DNA of 64,000 bases from an uncultured Planctomycetia bacterium (GTDB lineage: Bacteria; Omnitrophota; Gorgyraeia; Duberdicusellales; 4484-171): assembly GCA_964629655.1 (NCBI GenBank), contig CAZVQU010000002.1, positions 460,878 to 524,877 of the forward strand. The letters are read 5' to 3'. A program made the translations under genes and the position numbers. Below, in pieces: positions 30,498-41,529 of this stretch. The notes below the pieces were generated by a model, which did not search any database, had not been told where the DNA came from, and was given only the letters and a program-made list of their open reading frames with translations. Each line of letters begins with the position of its first letter. Positions within the stretch are counted from its first letter, which is position 1.

Positions 30498-31614
30498 TAT
30501 CTTCTGATTCTTTGAATCTATTTAGGGACTCCTTCTTAAACTCAGAGAATTTTCCTTCATTTATAGCTTCTCTGATTCTTACCATAAAATTCTTATACCA
30601 AAATAGATTATGATAAGTAACCAATTGGGTTCCTGCCATCTCCTTCACATTTATAAGGTGCCGTAAATAAGCCCGTGAAAAGTTACGACAGGTGTAACAG
30701 GAACACTCCTTATCCAAGGCTTGAGTATCCTGACTGTAAGCAGCATTTCTTACAGTAATTTCACCCTGGTTAGTAAAAGCTGTTCCGGTACGTCCAAATC
30801 GCGTAGGAACAACACAATCAAAAAGATCGACTCCTAAGTTTACTGCCTCGAGAATATCCCCGGGCTTGCCATAACCCATGAAATAACGCAGCTGCTCTTG
30901 AGGCACATTTTCATGGATAAAAGAGAGCATATTATACCTTAAATCCAGAGGTTCGCCAACACTTAAACCGCCTATGCATAAGCCTTTTAGGCCTAAAGGC
31001 AAGAGCTTTTCAATGCACTCCCCACGCAGCTCTTTGTAGGTAGATCCCTGGATAATCCCCCAAAACATACGGTTATTTTCATTATGCTTATCGAAATAAT
31101 CCTTGCCTCTCCCGGCCCAATTGAGACTGCGCTTCATTGCCCTACGAGCATCCTTCTCGGAAGTAGGATATTTAACGCACTCATCTAAAGGAACTAGGAT
31201 ATCTGAACCTAAATCCAACTGAATTCTAATCGCCTCCTCAGGAGTCAAAAAGAAGGTGCTACCATCAACGTGGGATTGAAATTCTACGCCGTTATCATCA
31301 ACCTTACGAAATCTCTCTAAACTGAAAATCTGATATCCACCACTATCAGTAATGATCGTCTTATCAAAACCCATAAAAGAATGCAAGCCGCCACACTTTT
31401 TTATTATTTCCGTGCCCGGGCGCAAAAATAAATGATAAGCATTAACCAACAGGCCATCTACGTCTATCTCTCCAAGCTGCTGCTGGGTAAGTCCCTTAAC
31501 TGTTGCTTGGGTAGCAACCGGGAAAAAAGCTGGAGTATGTACTTCGCAAGCCCTGGTTTTAAAAACTCCTGTCCGAGCATAAGTGGCTGTGTCTTTATTC
31601 ACTACTTTAAACAT
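30487..31614 (-). CDS. tgt: Queuine tRNA-ribosyltransferase
   Basis: 375 aa TGT with its zinc motif (CSCYTCRNFSRAYLRHL). Confidence 0.9.
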   Translation of the reverse strand: MFKVVNKDTATYARTGVFKTRACEVHTPAFFPVATQATVKGLTQQQLGEIDVDGLLVNAYHLFLRPGTEIIKKCGGLHSFMGFDKTIITDSGGYQIFSLERFRKVDDNGVEFQSHVDGSTFFLTPEEAIRIQLDLGSDILVPLDECVKYPTSEKDARRAMKRSLNWAGRGKDYFDKHNENNRMFWGIIQGSTYKELRGECIEKLLPLGLKGLCIGGLSVGEPLDLRYNMLSFIHENVPQEQLRYFMGYGKPGDILEAVNLGVDLFDCVVPTRFGRTGTAFTNQGEITVRNAAYSQDTQALDKECSCYTCRNFSRAYLRHLINVKEMAGTQLVTYHNLFWYKNFMVRIREAINEGKFSEFKKESLNRFKESEDNDN

Positions 31615-31688
31615 CTTTTACTCTCTGAATAAGGTGAATTGAATAGAATAATAATTGCTTTGTCCAAAGCCTGCCTTTGCCAACCATT

Positions 31689-32714
31689 TTAAAAAAGTTT
31701 TTCTTGATCCTGACCCTTATAGGGGAGTTTTAAGTGTTGGTAGGAAATTTGCGTAGCTACTCTACCTCTGGGGGAACGAACAACAAATCCTTCCTTAAGC
31801 AAAAACGGTTCAACAACATCCTCTAGGGTTAATCTATCCTCGCGTAAGGTTGCAGCTATGGCTTCAATCCCAGCCGGACCTCCTTGATGCAAGTTTATGA
31901 TTGCCGAGAGGTACTTGCGGTCCATATCATCAAGCCCTTGGTTGTCTACACCTACTTTAGCTAAAGAATCCTGTGTAATATCAATATCAATTATACCTTT
32001 ACCAATAACCTGAGCATAATCACGGACTCTTCTTAAGAGGCGGTTGCAGAGACGCGGAGAACCCCGGGAACGTCGGGCAATCTCAATAGAACTTTCCGAA
32101 TCAATCTCTATGTCGAGAAGTTCGGCGCTGCGTTGGACAATCTTTGAAAGCTGATCGGAATTATAGAAATCAAGATCATAAAACAACCCAAATCTGCCAC
32201 GCAGAGGCCCACTCAATAAGCCTTTGCGAGTAGTTGCTCCGATAAGAGTAAACGGTTTAAGATTAAACTTGACACTCTTAGCGTAAGGGCCTTTATCAAT
32301 AACAAAATCTATCTGAAAATTCTCCATTGCCGGATAAAGAAACTCCTCGACAACCTTTGAAAGACGATGTATCTCATCGATAAATAAAATATCTCCGGCC
32401 TCAAGATTAGTTAAAATCCCTACTAGGTCTCCGGCTCTCTCTATAGCTGGCCCACTGGTAGCAGTAAGTTTTGACTTCATCTGGGCAGCAACGCAATAAG
32501 CTAAAGAGGTCTTACCTAAACCCGGAGGCCCGGAAAAAAGCAGATGCTCCAAGGGTTCAGATCTCTTTTGGGCAGCTTCTAAAGAAATTTCCAGAGAAGA
32601 GATAATATTCTTCTGACCTAAGAACTCTTTTAGGTTCTTTGGGCGAAGAGAAAGATTAATAACCTGTTCTTCTTCGTTCTCTTTCCACTGATCAATGAAT
32701 CTTTCTTCACTCAT
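31689..32714 (-). CDS. ruvB: Holliday junction branch-migration helicase RuvB
   Basis: 341 aa AAA+ (LFSGPPGLGKTSLA) plus a winged helix. Confidence 0.9.
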   Translation of the reverse strand: MSEERFIDQWKENEEEQVINLSLRPKNLKEFLGQKNIISSLEISLEAAQKRSEPLEHLLFSGPPGLGKTSLAYCVAAQMKSKLTATSGPAIERAGDLVGILTNLEAGDILFIDEIHRLSKVVEEFLYPAMENFQIDFVIDKGPYAKSVKFNLKPFTLIGATTRKGLLSGPLRGRFGLFYDLDFYNSDQLSKIVQRSAELLDIEIDSESSIEIARRSRGSPRLCNRLLRRVRDYAQVIGKGIIDIDITQDSLAKVGVDNQGLDDMDRKYLSAIINLHQGGPAGIEAIAATLREDRLTLEDVVEPFLLKEGFVVRSPRGRVATQISYQHLKLPYKGQDQEKLF

Positions 32715-32746
32715 ATAATTATTATTAAATATTACCTACTTTTTCG

Positions 32747-33457
32747 TTAGTGTTTCGCGGTAAATATATTCGCTCTGCGGGCGATTGAAATCGAACCGAA
32801 AAGCTCTTCTTGTATAGCAGCAATCTCTTCTAGTTTTATTAGTTCTAATATAGCTAAAAATGTAACTACAATTTCCAATTTACTCTTGGCCGCAGAAAAC
32901 AGTTCTTCTAAAGAAACTTTATCCCTTTCCAGGAGAAGGTGTAACAAATCATGAATTTTATCCTCTACCGTAAACTCATCCTTAACAACTTTAAAGAAAA
33001 TGTCTTTAGGAATCTCTTTTAAGGCATTCTTAAAAGCACTAATCAAGTCAAATATCGATGCTTCGATATAAACCTCACCAGTTGGGGAATCGAGTGTCGG
33101 ACGCTTAAAATACCTGTTCCTTTCTAGCTCCTTATCTCTTAAGAATTCTGCTGCCTCCTTAAATTTCTCATATTCTAGAAGCCTTCTTACTAACTCTTCC
33201 CGAGGATCCTCTTCTTCTTCCTGGGGCTCCTCGGCACGAGGAAGGATCATCTTGGATTTGATACTAATTAAGTTAGCGGCTGTGACTAAATATTCAGACG
33301 CAAGATTTATATCTAGAAGCTTCATCACCTCTAAAAATTGTAAATATTGTTCTACAACTTTAGCTATAGGGATATCATAAATATTGAGATGCTCCTTCTT
33401 TATAAGATAAAGAAGCAAATCCAAAGGTCCTTCAAAAATATCTAATCTTACCTTCAT
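32747..33457 (-). CDS. scpA: Segregation and condensation protein A
   Basis: 236 aa ScpA family. No scpB follows. Confidence 0.7.
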   Translation of the reverse strand: MKVRLDIFEGPLDLLLYLIKKEHLNIYDIPIAKVVEQYLQFLEVMKLLDINLASEYLVTAANLISIKSKMILPRAEEPQEEEEDPREELVRRLLEYEKFKEAAEFLRDKELERNRYFKRPTLDSPTGEVYIEASIFDLISAFKNALKEIPKDIFFKVVKDEFTVEDKIHDLLHLLLERDKVSLEELFSAAKSKLEIVVTFLAILELIKLEEIAAIQEELFGSISIARRANIFTAKH

Positions 33458-34446
33458 ATTCTCAAAGCCTGTTTAACTTCTGAAATGGTTTTTTGCGCCT
33501 GATCTCTGGCTTTCTTTCTGCCCTGATCTAAAATGTCTCGTAAGTAATTCTTCTTTTTTAAAATCTTCCTTTTGGCTTCTCTCTTGGAGGCGATAAACTC
33601 TTCAAGAATTTTTACCAAATCATTCTTGCAATCCCGACAACCTCTTTTGGCTTCCTTACACTCCTTGGAAATCTGGAATTTTTTCTTGGGATCAAAAATA
33701 GAGTAATAATCAAAAACATTACAAACATCCGGATGGCCGGGATCATTCCTTCTCTTTCGGGCTGGATCAGTAAACATTGAAAGGACCTTGCGTTTCAGGC
33801 TCTCTGAACTTTCAGATAGCTCAATACAATTATTGTAACTCTTGCTCATCTTTCTTCCGTCTAAGCCTAAGAAACGCGGAACCGAAGTAAGCAAGGCTTG
33901 AGGCTCAGTAAAAACCTTGCTCTTGTAAATAAAATGAAAACGTCTGAGAATCTGCCGGCATAATTCCAAATGTGGCAGCTGATCTTCACCAACCGGAACA
34001 AAATTAGCCTTGTATAAAAGAATATCCGCGGATTGCAAAACCGGATAGCCTAAGAAAGCGTGGGTATTGATATCTTTATCCTTTAATTGGAGGAGCTGTT
34101 CTTTAAAGGTTGGGCACCTAAACAACCAACCCAAAGGAACCAGCGTTGAGAGAATCATATATAGCTCTAGATGTTCTGGCACCTCAGATTGTATAAAAAT
34201 AATGCTCTTTTTAGGATCTATCCCATAGGCTAGCCAATCACTAACATTATCCAAGACAGAATCTTTAATGATTGAGGAGTTTTTATAATCGCTCATAAGA
34301 GCATGCCAATCAGCAACCATGAAAAAACACTTATACTTCTCCTGCAGCTTCATCCAATTGGACAATGCTCCTACCCAATGCCCGAGGTGTAACTTTCCAG
34401 TAGGCCTGATTCCGCTTAAAATTATCTTTTTTGTCTCTGTTTTCAT
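33454..34446 (-). CDS. trpS: Tryptophanyl-tRNA synthetase
   Basis: 330 aa class I aaRS with HIGH (TGKLHLGH) and KMSKS motifs. Confidence 0.9.
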   Translation of the reverse strand: MKTETKKIILSGIRPTGKLHLGHWVGALSNWMKLQEKYKCFFMVADWHALMSDYKNSSIIKDSVLDNVSDWLAYGIDPKKSIIFIQSEVPEHLELYMILSTLVPLGWLFRCPTFKEQLLQLKDKDINTHAFLGYPVLQSADILLYKANFVPVGEDQLPHLELCRQILRRFHFIYKSKVFTEPQALLTSVPRFLGLDGRKMSKSYNNCIELSESSESLKRKVLSMFTDPARKRRNDPGHPDVCNVFDYYSIFDPKKKFQISKECKEAKRGCRDCKNDLVKILEEFIASKREAKRKILKKKNYLRDILDQGRKKARDQAQKTISEVKQALRI

Positions 34447-36350
34447 TTTAATTTCCGAGCGATTACCTCTTCATTAAATACATCAATGACATCGCCCTGT
34501 TTAACTTTATCATAACCTATATCAATGCCACATTCAAGGCCTTCGGCTACCTCTCTAACATCGTCTTTGAATCTTTTTAAGGTCTGAACCTTACCTTCAA
34601 AGATTACCGCATTGTCCCGAAAAAGATTACAAACCGCTCCCCTTTTAATCTTTCCCTTCTCTACTATAGATCCGGCGATTATCCCCGCTCTCGATAACTT
34701 AAATACTGTCTTTATCTTGGCTCTTCCTAAGAAAGTACGTTTTATCTGAGGGGTCAATAGCCCCTCTACCGCGCCCTTAACATCGTCAATAAGCTCATAG
34801 ACAATCTGGTAAGATCTGGTCTCGATACCTTTTTCCCGGGCCAGTTCTCTAACTTGAGCATCTATGCTGGTCTTAAAACCGACGATGATAGAATCAGTAA
34901 CTTCGGCTAAAAGAATATCTGAGGAGTTTACTGCTCCTACTCCTTTATGAACAATGGTTAACTCCACTTCCTTGGTAGGAATTTTCTTCAAAGCCCCTTC
35001 AACAGCCTCTAAGGTACCGCCAACATCTGCTTTGAGAATGATCTTTAATTGCTTTAAGTTCTCTTCCTTTACTTTCTTATATAAATCTTCTAATTTAAGG
35101 TGAGTTACTGGATTCAATTTCTTTTTTGCTTCATCCTCTCTTCTTTTACTGGTGATTTCCCGAGCACTCTTTTCATCAGGCACAACTAACAATTGTTCAC
35201 CGGGATTAGGTACGCCATTTAAACCTAAAATTTCTGCGGGATAAGCCGGCAGAACTTCGCCTAAAGGCTTAGCCCTATCATCATGCATTGCCCTTATTCT
35301 TCCAGAATAAAGACCGCAAATGCACCAATCTCCGGCTTTAAGAACCCCTTCCTTAATTAAAACTGTAGCTAAGGAACCCTTGCCTCTGGACAATCTTGCC
35401 TCTACTACTACTCCGATAGCCGGGCGTTGATAGTCTGCTTTTAGCTCCATGATGTCAGATTGAAGAATAATTAAGTCTAAGAGTCCATCTATTCCCTCGC
35501 CAGTCTTAGCTGATACATTTACGGTAATGGTCTTGCCTCCCCAATCTTCAGGAACCAGCTCCATCTTAGAAAGCTGTTGCTTTACCATATCAATATTAGC
35601 ATTGGGTTTATCAATTTTATTAATAGCAACAATTATCGGAACTCCTGAAGCTTTAGCGTGATCAATGGCCTCTTCTGTTTGAGGCTTAACACCGTCATCA
35701 GCTGCCACTACGATAATTACAATATCAGTAATATTGGCACCGCGGGCACGCATGGCTGTAAAGGTTTCATGACCGGGAGTGTCTAAGAAAGTAACTCTTC
35801 CTTTATCCAGGGCTACCTGGTAAGCACCAATGTGCTGGGTAATCCCTCCGGTCTCTTTCTCGATAACTTTACTCTTTCGGATATAATCAAGAATACTTGT
35901 CTTTCCATGGTCAATGTGGCCCATGAGAGTAACTATTGGAGCACGCTTCTCTAAATTCTTAGAATCAACTTTTAAGATCTCCTCTTCTTTAGAGAGCTTC
36001 TCCTTTAAATTAACCTTATAATCATAAGCAATCTCTTGTGCATGTTTTTCATCAACACTCTGATTAATAGTAAGAAACTTACCCTTCTTTACTAAGTCGG
36101 TTAGAAGTTGTGAAGGTTTTTTACCTAATTTCACAGCCAGATCTTTAATCGTAATTGGGAAACTCACCTCAATGACATTGCCTTCGATCTCTTTACGATC
36201 TAGCTCTCCAACCTCATGTTTAATAATCTCGGCTGTATCCTTATCCACACTAGACATGTGGTTTTTTACAGGAAAATTAAGCGCTTTTAGCTTTTCGATT
36301 AACTCTTTACTGTCTATTTTTAGCTCTTTGGCTAACTCATGAATTCTCAT
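34443..36350 (-). CDS. infB: Translation initiation factor IF-2 (short N-terminus)
   Basis: 635 aa. G-domain (GHIDHGKTS) plus C-terminal beta-barrels. Confidence 0.9.
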   Translation of the reverse strand: MRIHELAKELKIDSKELIEKLKALNFPVKNHMSSVDKDTAEIIKHEVGELDRKEIEGNVIEVSFPITIKDLAVKLGKKPSQLLTDLVKKGKFLTINQSVDEKHAQEIAYDYKVNLKEKLSKEEEILKVDSKNLEKRAPIVTLMGHIDHGKTSILDYIRKSKVIEKETGGITQHIGAYQVALDKGRVTFLDTPGHETFTAMRARGANITDIVIIVVAADDGVKPQTEEAIDHAKASGVPIIVAINKIDKPNANIDMVKQQLSKMELVPEDWGGKTITVNVSAKTGEGIDGLLDLIILQSDIMELKADYQRPAIGVVVEARLSRGKGSLATVLIKEGVLKAGDWCICGLYSGRIRAMHDDRAKPLGEVLPAYPAEILGLNGVPNPGEQLLVVPDEKSAREITSKRREDEAKKKLNPVTHLKLEDLYKKVKEENLKQLKIILKADVGGTLEAVEGALKKIPTKEVELTIVHKGVGAVNSSDILLAEVTDSIIVGFKTSIDAQVRELAREKGIETRSYQIVYELIDDVKGAVEGLLTPQIKRTFLGRAKIKTVFKLSRAGIIAGSIVEKGKIKRGAVCNLFRDNAVIFEGKVQTLKRFKDDVREVAEGLECGIDIGYDKVKQGDVIDVFNEEVIARKLK

Positions 36351-37572
36351 CTTTAGTTGTCTCCTTTTTCTCCTTTTTTGTCTTCTCTCCCGCTGCTACT
36401 GCTTTCTTTGCCTCTTCTATTATGCTAGCTGCCTTTTTCTCTCCTATACCCTTAAGCGAAGAAAGTCCGGCCGCTGTAGCCCTAGCTAAGGAATTTAAAT
36501 TATTATACCCGGAATCCACTAAAGTAGCAGCTACTTTCTTACCTACGGCTTTTAAAGCAAGTAGTTTCTTAATGCTCTCCTCAATGCTCTCTCGGGAACG
36601 AACATCTATCTCCCAGCCTACTAATTTTGAAGCTAGGCGGACATTCTGCCCTTTGCGTCCGATAGCTAAAGAGAGCTGGTCAGCAGCAACTAAGACTTTG
36701 GCTCTCCTGCTATCGCGATCTAATTCAATCATTGAAATAACTGCCGGCGAAAGTGCCATCTTAATAAATTCTTTTACGTCTTCGCTCCATCTTACAATAT
36801 CAATCTTCTCTCCTCTTAACTCCTCAATTATGCTCTTTACCCGTGAGCCTCTTATCCCAACACAAGCACCGACACAATCAACCTTATCGTCTTTGGAAAG
36901 AACAGCGATTTTTGTCCTCTCGCCGGGATCACGAGCAATTGTTTTTACCTCAACAATTCCCTCGCCAATTTCAGGAACCTCTAAATTAAATAGTTTCCGG
37001 ATTAAACCCTCGTGCCTGCGGGAAAGAATTATCTGTACGCCTTTCTCCTTCTTAACCTCATAGACAAAGGCTTTAACCCTTTCACCAACACGAAAGTGAT
37101 CAAGAGGACTCAAAAAAGAGTTAGGGATTATGCCTTCGGCTTTACCCATAAGGTCCAAGATAACCGCTTTTCTCTCGAGGCGGTAAACAACCCCTCCAAC
37201 AATGCTACCCTCTTTATCCTTGTAATCACTATAGACATTATCCTTTTCAGCCTCTCTTATCTTCTGGATTATTACCTGTCGGGCTGTCTGAGCAGCAATC
37301 CGGCCAAATTCATTAGATACTATCTCTTTATCGCCGACGTAAACATGGATATCTCCTTTTTCAGGATCGATCTCCACCCTGGCCTCAACATCCTGAGAAG
37401 TTGCTTTAGTAATCTTCTTCGCCGCTATAGCCAAGGCTTGCTTAACAGCCTCGATAAGAATACTCTTATCTATGCCTTTTTCCCTCTCTAATTGTGAAAG
37501 TACACTTAAAAATTCTTTTTTCACCTTTTTAAACCTCCCTGCCTGCCGAGAAGCAGACTTTAATGACGACAA
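36337..37572 (-). CDS. nusA: Transcription termination/antitermination factor NusA
   Basis: 411 aa with S1, two KH domains and a C-terminal HhH. Confidence 0.9.
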   Translation of the reverse strand: MSSLKSASRQAGRFKKVKKEFLSVLSQLEREKGIDKSILIEAVKQALAIAAKKITKATSQDVEARVEIDPEKGDIHVYVGDKEIVSNEFGRIAAQTARQVIIQKIREAEKDNVYSDYKDKEGSIVGGVVYRLERKAVILDLMGKAEGIIPNSFLSPLDHFRVGERVKAFVYEVKKEKGVQIILSRRHEGLIRKLFNLEVPEIGEGIVEVKTIARDPGERTKIAVLSKDDKVDCVGACVGIRGSRVKSIIEELRGEKIDIVRWSEDVKEFIKMALSPAVISMIELDRDSRRAKVLVAADQLSLAIGRKGQNVRLASKLVGWEIDVRSRESIEESIKKLLALKAVGKKVAATLVDSGYNNLNSLARATAAGLSSLKGIGEKKAASIIEEAKKAVAAGEKTKKEKKETTKDENS

Positions 37573-37584
37573 TTGTAGCGAGCA

Positions 37585-38052
37585 TTATTTTATTTCTATT
37601 TTCTCTTTGCCCACCTTAATTTTACTAAAATTAATTTTTACAATTTTGTCTTTGCAACCCAATGACAATTTATCATCGTCAAGGGCTAAAACTTGACCTT
37701 CTAAATACTCTTTACCTCCAATAGGCTCACTCAACCAAAGAAAAATATTTCTTCCCTTAACCTTAAAAAAATCTTTAAAGGTATGTAGCTTTCTATCCAG
37801 GCCGGGAGAATTTACTTCTACCGCGTAATCGGAACCAAGACTTCCATTCTCCTCTAAATAAACAACAATTCTTTTGTTAACAGCCGCGCAGCTATCTAAG
37901 GTTATGCCGCCTTGGGGAAGATCAACCGTGCAACGTAAAGTATTCTTGCCTCTTGAAGCATGAATCTTAAACTCTAGGAGCTCTACTCCTGCTGCCTTAA
38001 CAATATCTTGAACTTTAAGTTGAATTTGCCTATCTCTATCTACCATACTCAT
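37585..38052 (-). CDS. rimP: Ribosome maturation factor RimP
   Basis: 155 aa in the conserved rimP-nusA-infB order. Confidence 0.8.
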   Translation of the reverse strand: MSMVDRDRQIQLKVQDIVKAAGVELLEFKIHASRGKNTLRCTVDLPQGGITLDSCAAVNKRIVVYLEENGSLGSDYAVEVNSPGLDRKLHTFKDFFKVKGRNIFLWLSEPIGGKEYLEGQVLALDDDKLSLGCKDKIVKINFSKIKVGKEKIEIK

Positions 38053-39265
38053 CTTTCAAAAACTTTATTAGCCCCTCTTTCTTAAAGCTCTTGCTTATCT
38101 TTGTTTTTCTCACCTCTAGATCTATAGTTTTATCTTTAAGGTATTTCTTACCCATAATTAGAATATAAGGATTGCCGAGTAAATAAGCATCGTTAAACTT
38201 AACCCCAGCAGCTTCTAGGCGATCATCAATTAATACCGAGAGGCCCTCCTTGCCTAAATCCTTTTCTAGCTCTAAAGCCTGAGGTAATAATTTACTATCT
38301 AAAATTACCAAGCTTAAATCAAAAGGACTTACCCCTCTAGGCCAGACTAAACCTTTCTGATCAGAATTAACCTCAGCTATGGCTGAGAGAACTCTACTTA
38401 CCCCAATGCCATAACAACCCATCATAAAGGGCAGCCTTTTGCCGTTTTCATCGAGAAAGAGAGCCTCTTGAGCTTGAGAATATTTTGTCCCTAATTTAAA
38501 TACATGGCCGATCTCGATCATCTTCTTCTCACCTAAATTCTTCTTGCAATCCGGACACTTTCCTTTGCTTTTAAAATACTTTTCACACTCAGAGCAATAA
38601 AATAATATATCCTCACCGATATCTCCAGGAACCATAAATTCATGCGAGATACTTCCACCCATAGCTCCGGAATCTGCTTCAATATCTATAAACTCCAAAC
38701 CACACTCGGTAAATATATCTTTATAAGCCTCAAACATGCTCCGATAATTCTCATCTAAACCCTGATTATCCTTATCAAAACTATAAGCATCTTTCATGGT
38801 GAACTCAACCGCACGCATCAGCCCGAAACGAGGCCGGGGTTCATCACGAAACTTTGTCTGAATCTGATAAAGTATCACCGGAAGCTGTTTGTAAGAGGAA
38901 ACCAGACGTCGAATAATCTCGGTGATTTCTTCCTCATGAGTAGGGCCTAAACATAAATCCCGATTCTTGCGGTCTTTAAACCTAAACATAACCTCTGCCA
39001 AATCTTTATCCCGACCGGTTTTCTGCCAAATTTCCATAGGCTGGAGAGCGCTCATCAATAACTCTTGAGCTCCTTTTGCATTCATGTGTTTTCGAATAAT
39101 ATTATTAATATTATTCAGCACTCTGTGACCTAAAGGAAGATAGGAGTATATCCCCGATGAGACCATAAAAAGAAATCCCCCTCTAAGAAGCAGCTTATGG
39201 CTCTTGCACTCAGCAACTTTAGGATCTTCTCTCTGAGTAGAAATAAAACTCTTTGAAAATAACAT
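38036..39265 (-). CDS. proS: Prolyl-tRNA synthetase, minimal bacterial type lacking the INS editing domain; contains a CxxC…CxxC insertion
   Basis: 409 aa. N-terminus aligns with bacterial ProRS (…HKLLLRGGF…LPLGHRV…). After motif 2, the ~180-aa editing insertion is replaced by a short zinc-ribbon-like segment (CSECEKYFKSKGKCPDCKK). Confidence 0.8.
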   Translation of the reverse strand: MLFSKSFISTQREDPKVAECKSHKLLLRGGFLFMVSSGIYSYLPLGHRVLNNINNIIRKHMNAKGAQELLMSALQPMEIWQKTGRDKDLAEVMFRFKDRKNRDLCLGPTHEEEITEIIRRLVSSYKQLPVILYQIQTKFRDEPRPRFGLMRAVEFTMKDAYSFDKDNQGLDENYRSMFEAYKDIFTECGLEFIDIEADSGAMGGSISHEFMVPGDIGEDILFYCSECEKYFKSKGKCPDCKKNLGEKKMIEIGHVFKLGTKYSQAQEALFLDENGKRLPFMMGCYGIGVSRVLSAIAEVNSDQKGLVWPRGVSPFDLSLVILDSKLLPQALELEKDLGKEGLSVLIDDRLEAAGVKFNDAYLLGNPYILIMGKKYLKDKTIDLEVRKTKISKSFKKEGLIKFLKDEYGR

Positions 39266-39353
39266 TTTTTCTCACCCTACCTGTTTCTTAAAAATACTCT
39301 CGCTAACCTCGACACTTTTCTCTTTAAAGGTTGGCAAGAATTCCGGTATATTT

Positions 39354-40397
39354 TTAGTTCCATCTTTGCCTAACTTCTTTAATCAAATCGGCCACTACTT
39401 TTTTATCACCGCTCTGGCCTAAAATCTTATCTTTTTTAAAAATTACAGCTTTCTTCTTCCCGAAAGCAACACCAATATCAGCCTGGCAAGCTTCACCGGG
39501 ACCGTTAACTACACAACCCATAATCGCAATACGCACTGGCTGCTTAATCTTCTCCTTTTCTAAGGCTTGCTTAAACTTATCTACGATGCCTACCAAATCT
39601 ACTTCGCAGCGTGAACAAGTAGGACAAGAGATAATCTCAGGTCCAAATTTTCGCAAGCTAAGAGCCTGCAGAATATATTTAGCTACTCTTATCTCCCAAA
39701 AAGAAGGAGCGGTTAAAGAAACCCTGATAACATCTCCTAGGCCTTGGTAAAGAAGATTGCCTAACCCTAACGATGATTTAGCTACCCCCTCTAAAAAAGG
39801 GCCAGTAGCTGTAATTCCTAAGTGTAGGGGGTAATTGTGTCTCTTGGAGAATAGCTCGTTGGCTGCGATTGTAGATAAAACATCTGAACCTTTCAGAGAG
39901 ACCATTATATCAAAAAAATTTTCAGTCTCCAAGACCTTAAGATAAGTTTCTACCGCCTTAACCATTCCAAGGCCCAAAGCCTTAGGCGACGAAAATTTAC
40001 GCTTAAATCCTCCGGAATTAACTCCGACTCTAATGGATACACCGGAAGCCTTGGCAGCTCTAGCAATTTCTTTAACCTCTTTCCTCTTGCTAATATTTAA
40101 AGGGTTCAGGCGAATACCCTCAAAACCCTGGTCAATTGACATAAGAGCTAAATTAGCATGAAAATGCACATCAGCAACTAAAGGTGTATCGATATGTTTT
40201 TTGAGAAGTTTAGCCACCGATGCATCTCCTCTTTCCCTAACTGCTACTCTTATAGCTTCAGCTCCTTCCTTCTCCAGAGTCTTAGCTTCTTTAATTAAAT
40301 CCTTAGTATTCTTAGTAGGGGTCTTAAGCATGCCTTTTATCCGTACTGGATTTTTTCCGCCAACACCTAAATTTCCTATTTTTACTATCTTACTCAT
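39354..40397 (-). CDS. ispG: 4-hydroxy-3-methylbut-2-enyl diphosphate synthase (GcpE)
   Basis: 347 aa with a C-terminal Fe-S cysteine triad (CPTCSRC…GCVVNGPGE). Confidence 0.9.
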   Translation of the reverse strand: MSKIVKIGNLGVGGKNPVRIKGMLKTPTKNTKDLIKEAKTLEKEGAEAIRVAVRERGDASVAKLLKKHIDTPLVADVHFHANLALMSIDQGFEGIRLNPLNISKRKEVKEIARAAKASGVSIRVGVNSGGFKRKFSSPKALGLGMVKAVETYLKVLETENFFDIMVSLKGSDVLSTIAANELFSKRHNYPLHLGITATGPFLEGVAKSSLGLGNLLYQGLGDVIRVSLTAPSFWEIRVAKYILQALSLRKFGPEIISCPTCSRCEVDLVGIVDKFKQALEKEKIKQPVRIAIMGCVVNGPGEACQADIGVAFGKKKAVIFKKDKILGQSGDKKVVADLIKEVRQRWN

Positions 40398-41529
40398 CTA
40401 AACTCTGCTTTTTTATATTTGCTTCTGCCTCAGCCACGGTTTCTTGCACTGAATCTTTATCCTTATTCAAAATCTTAGGACCAAAACGAACGATATCATT
40501 ATAAAAAATAAAAATGATCAGAAAGATAAGAGCACCTAAACCCAGACGGGTTAAGTTTTCTTCAACCTTCTCGCTTATCGGCTTACCCCTTATCTTCTCG
40601 AGAAAAAAGAAAAGAAGGTGTCCGCCATCTAATACCGGTACCGGAAATAAATTTATGACCGCTAAGCTTATGCTTAAAGCAGCTACAAGATGTAAAGTAG
40701 CAACTATTCCGATTTTTATTACTTCGGAAGTAATATAATAGATGCCCACCGGCCCGGCTACAGCCTCTTTAAAAGGAATTATTCCTAGTATCATGAAAAG
40801 AAAACCCTTAATCACCAAGAAGGTAAGATTAAATAGAGACTCCAACCCCTTTACTATCGCTTGAGGAAAGTTATACTTAATGGTTTTCATTTGAGAAGAA
40901 ATGCCTATGCCTATTACTGACACATTCCTCTTCTTGCCGAAATCATCAGTTATCTCTTTCTGACGCAAAGGAATATCAAAGGATACAATTTCCCCCTGCC
41001 GCTGGATACGAAGGTTAACTGTGTCTTCGGCTTGATAAATCTCCTTAGCCATATCCAGCCAATGCTCAACTTTCCTGCCGTCTACGGCTAGAACCTTATC
41101 GCCTTCCTGCACTCCTGCAGCTTTAGCTGGATAATCCTCCAGGACACTGCCGATTACAGAATCAGGATAAGGAAAACCAATCAAAGCAATAATACAGAAT
41201 ATAACTAAGGCCAAAAGGTAGTTAAACAAAGGCCCGGCAAAAACAATTTTTGATTTTACTCCCGCCGACTTTGACAAAAACTCATATTTGGCCCCTTTAT
41301 GTTCCTCGCGAGTATCACCAACCATCTTTATATATCCACCGAGAGGAAAAGCGCAAATTACAAATTCTGTCTCTTTGCCCTTTCTTTTAAATAGAACCGG
41401 ACCAAAGCCCAAAGCAAACCTGTCTACCCTTACCCCTGAGCGTTTAGCGGCAATATAATGACCGAATTCATGGACCACGATTAAAATGCTAAAGATAACT
41501 CCAACTGTGAGCATACCGACAATATTCAT
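40390..41529 (-). CDS. rseP: RIP metalloprotease RseP (site-2 protease, single PDZ)
   Basis: 379 aa with HEFGHY zinc motif, a PDZ domain and C-terminal TM helices. Confidence 0.8.
   Translation of the reverse strand: MNIVGMLTVGVIFSILIVVHEFGHYIAAKRSGVRVDRFALGFGPVLFKRKGKETEFVICAFPLGGYIKMVGDTREEHKGAKYEFLSKSAGVKSKIVFAGPLFNYLLALVIFCIIALIGFPYPDSVIGSVLEDYPAKAAGVQEGDKVLAVDGRKVEHWLDMAKEIYQAEDTVNLRIQRQGEIVSFDIPLRQKEITDDFGKKRNVSVIGIGISSQMKTIKYNFPQAIVKGLESLFNLTFLVIKGFLFMILGIIPFKEAVAGPVGIYYITSEVIKIGIVATLHLVAALSISLAVINLFPVPVLDGGHLLFFFLEKIRGKPISEKVEENLTRLGLGALIFLIIFIFYNDIVRFGPKILNKDKDSVQETVAEAEANIKKQSLDE

Noticed and set aside
36422-37491. Long plus-strand ORFs (213 aa at 36422-37063 and 159 aa at 37012-37491) antisense to nusA
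   Set aside because: They lie entirely inside a confidently identified, full-length minus-strand nusA. Their translations are low-complexity Ser/Leu/Phe-rich strings with no domain-like pattern, which is typical of shadow ORFs opposite a gene in an AT-rich genome. No SD or promoter was seen.
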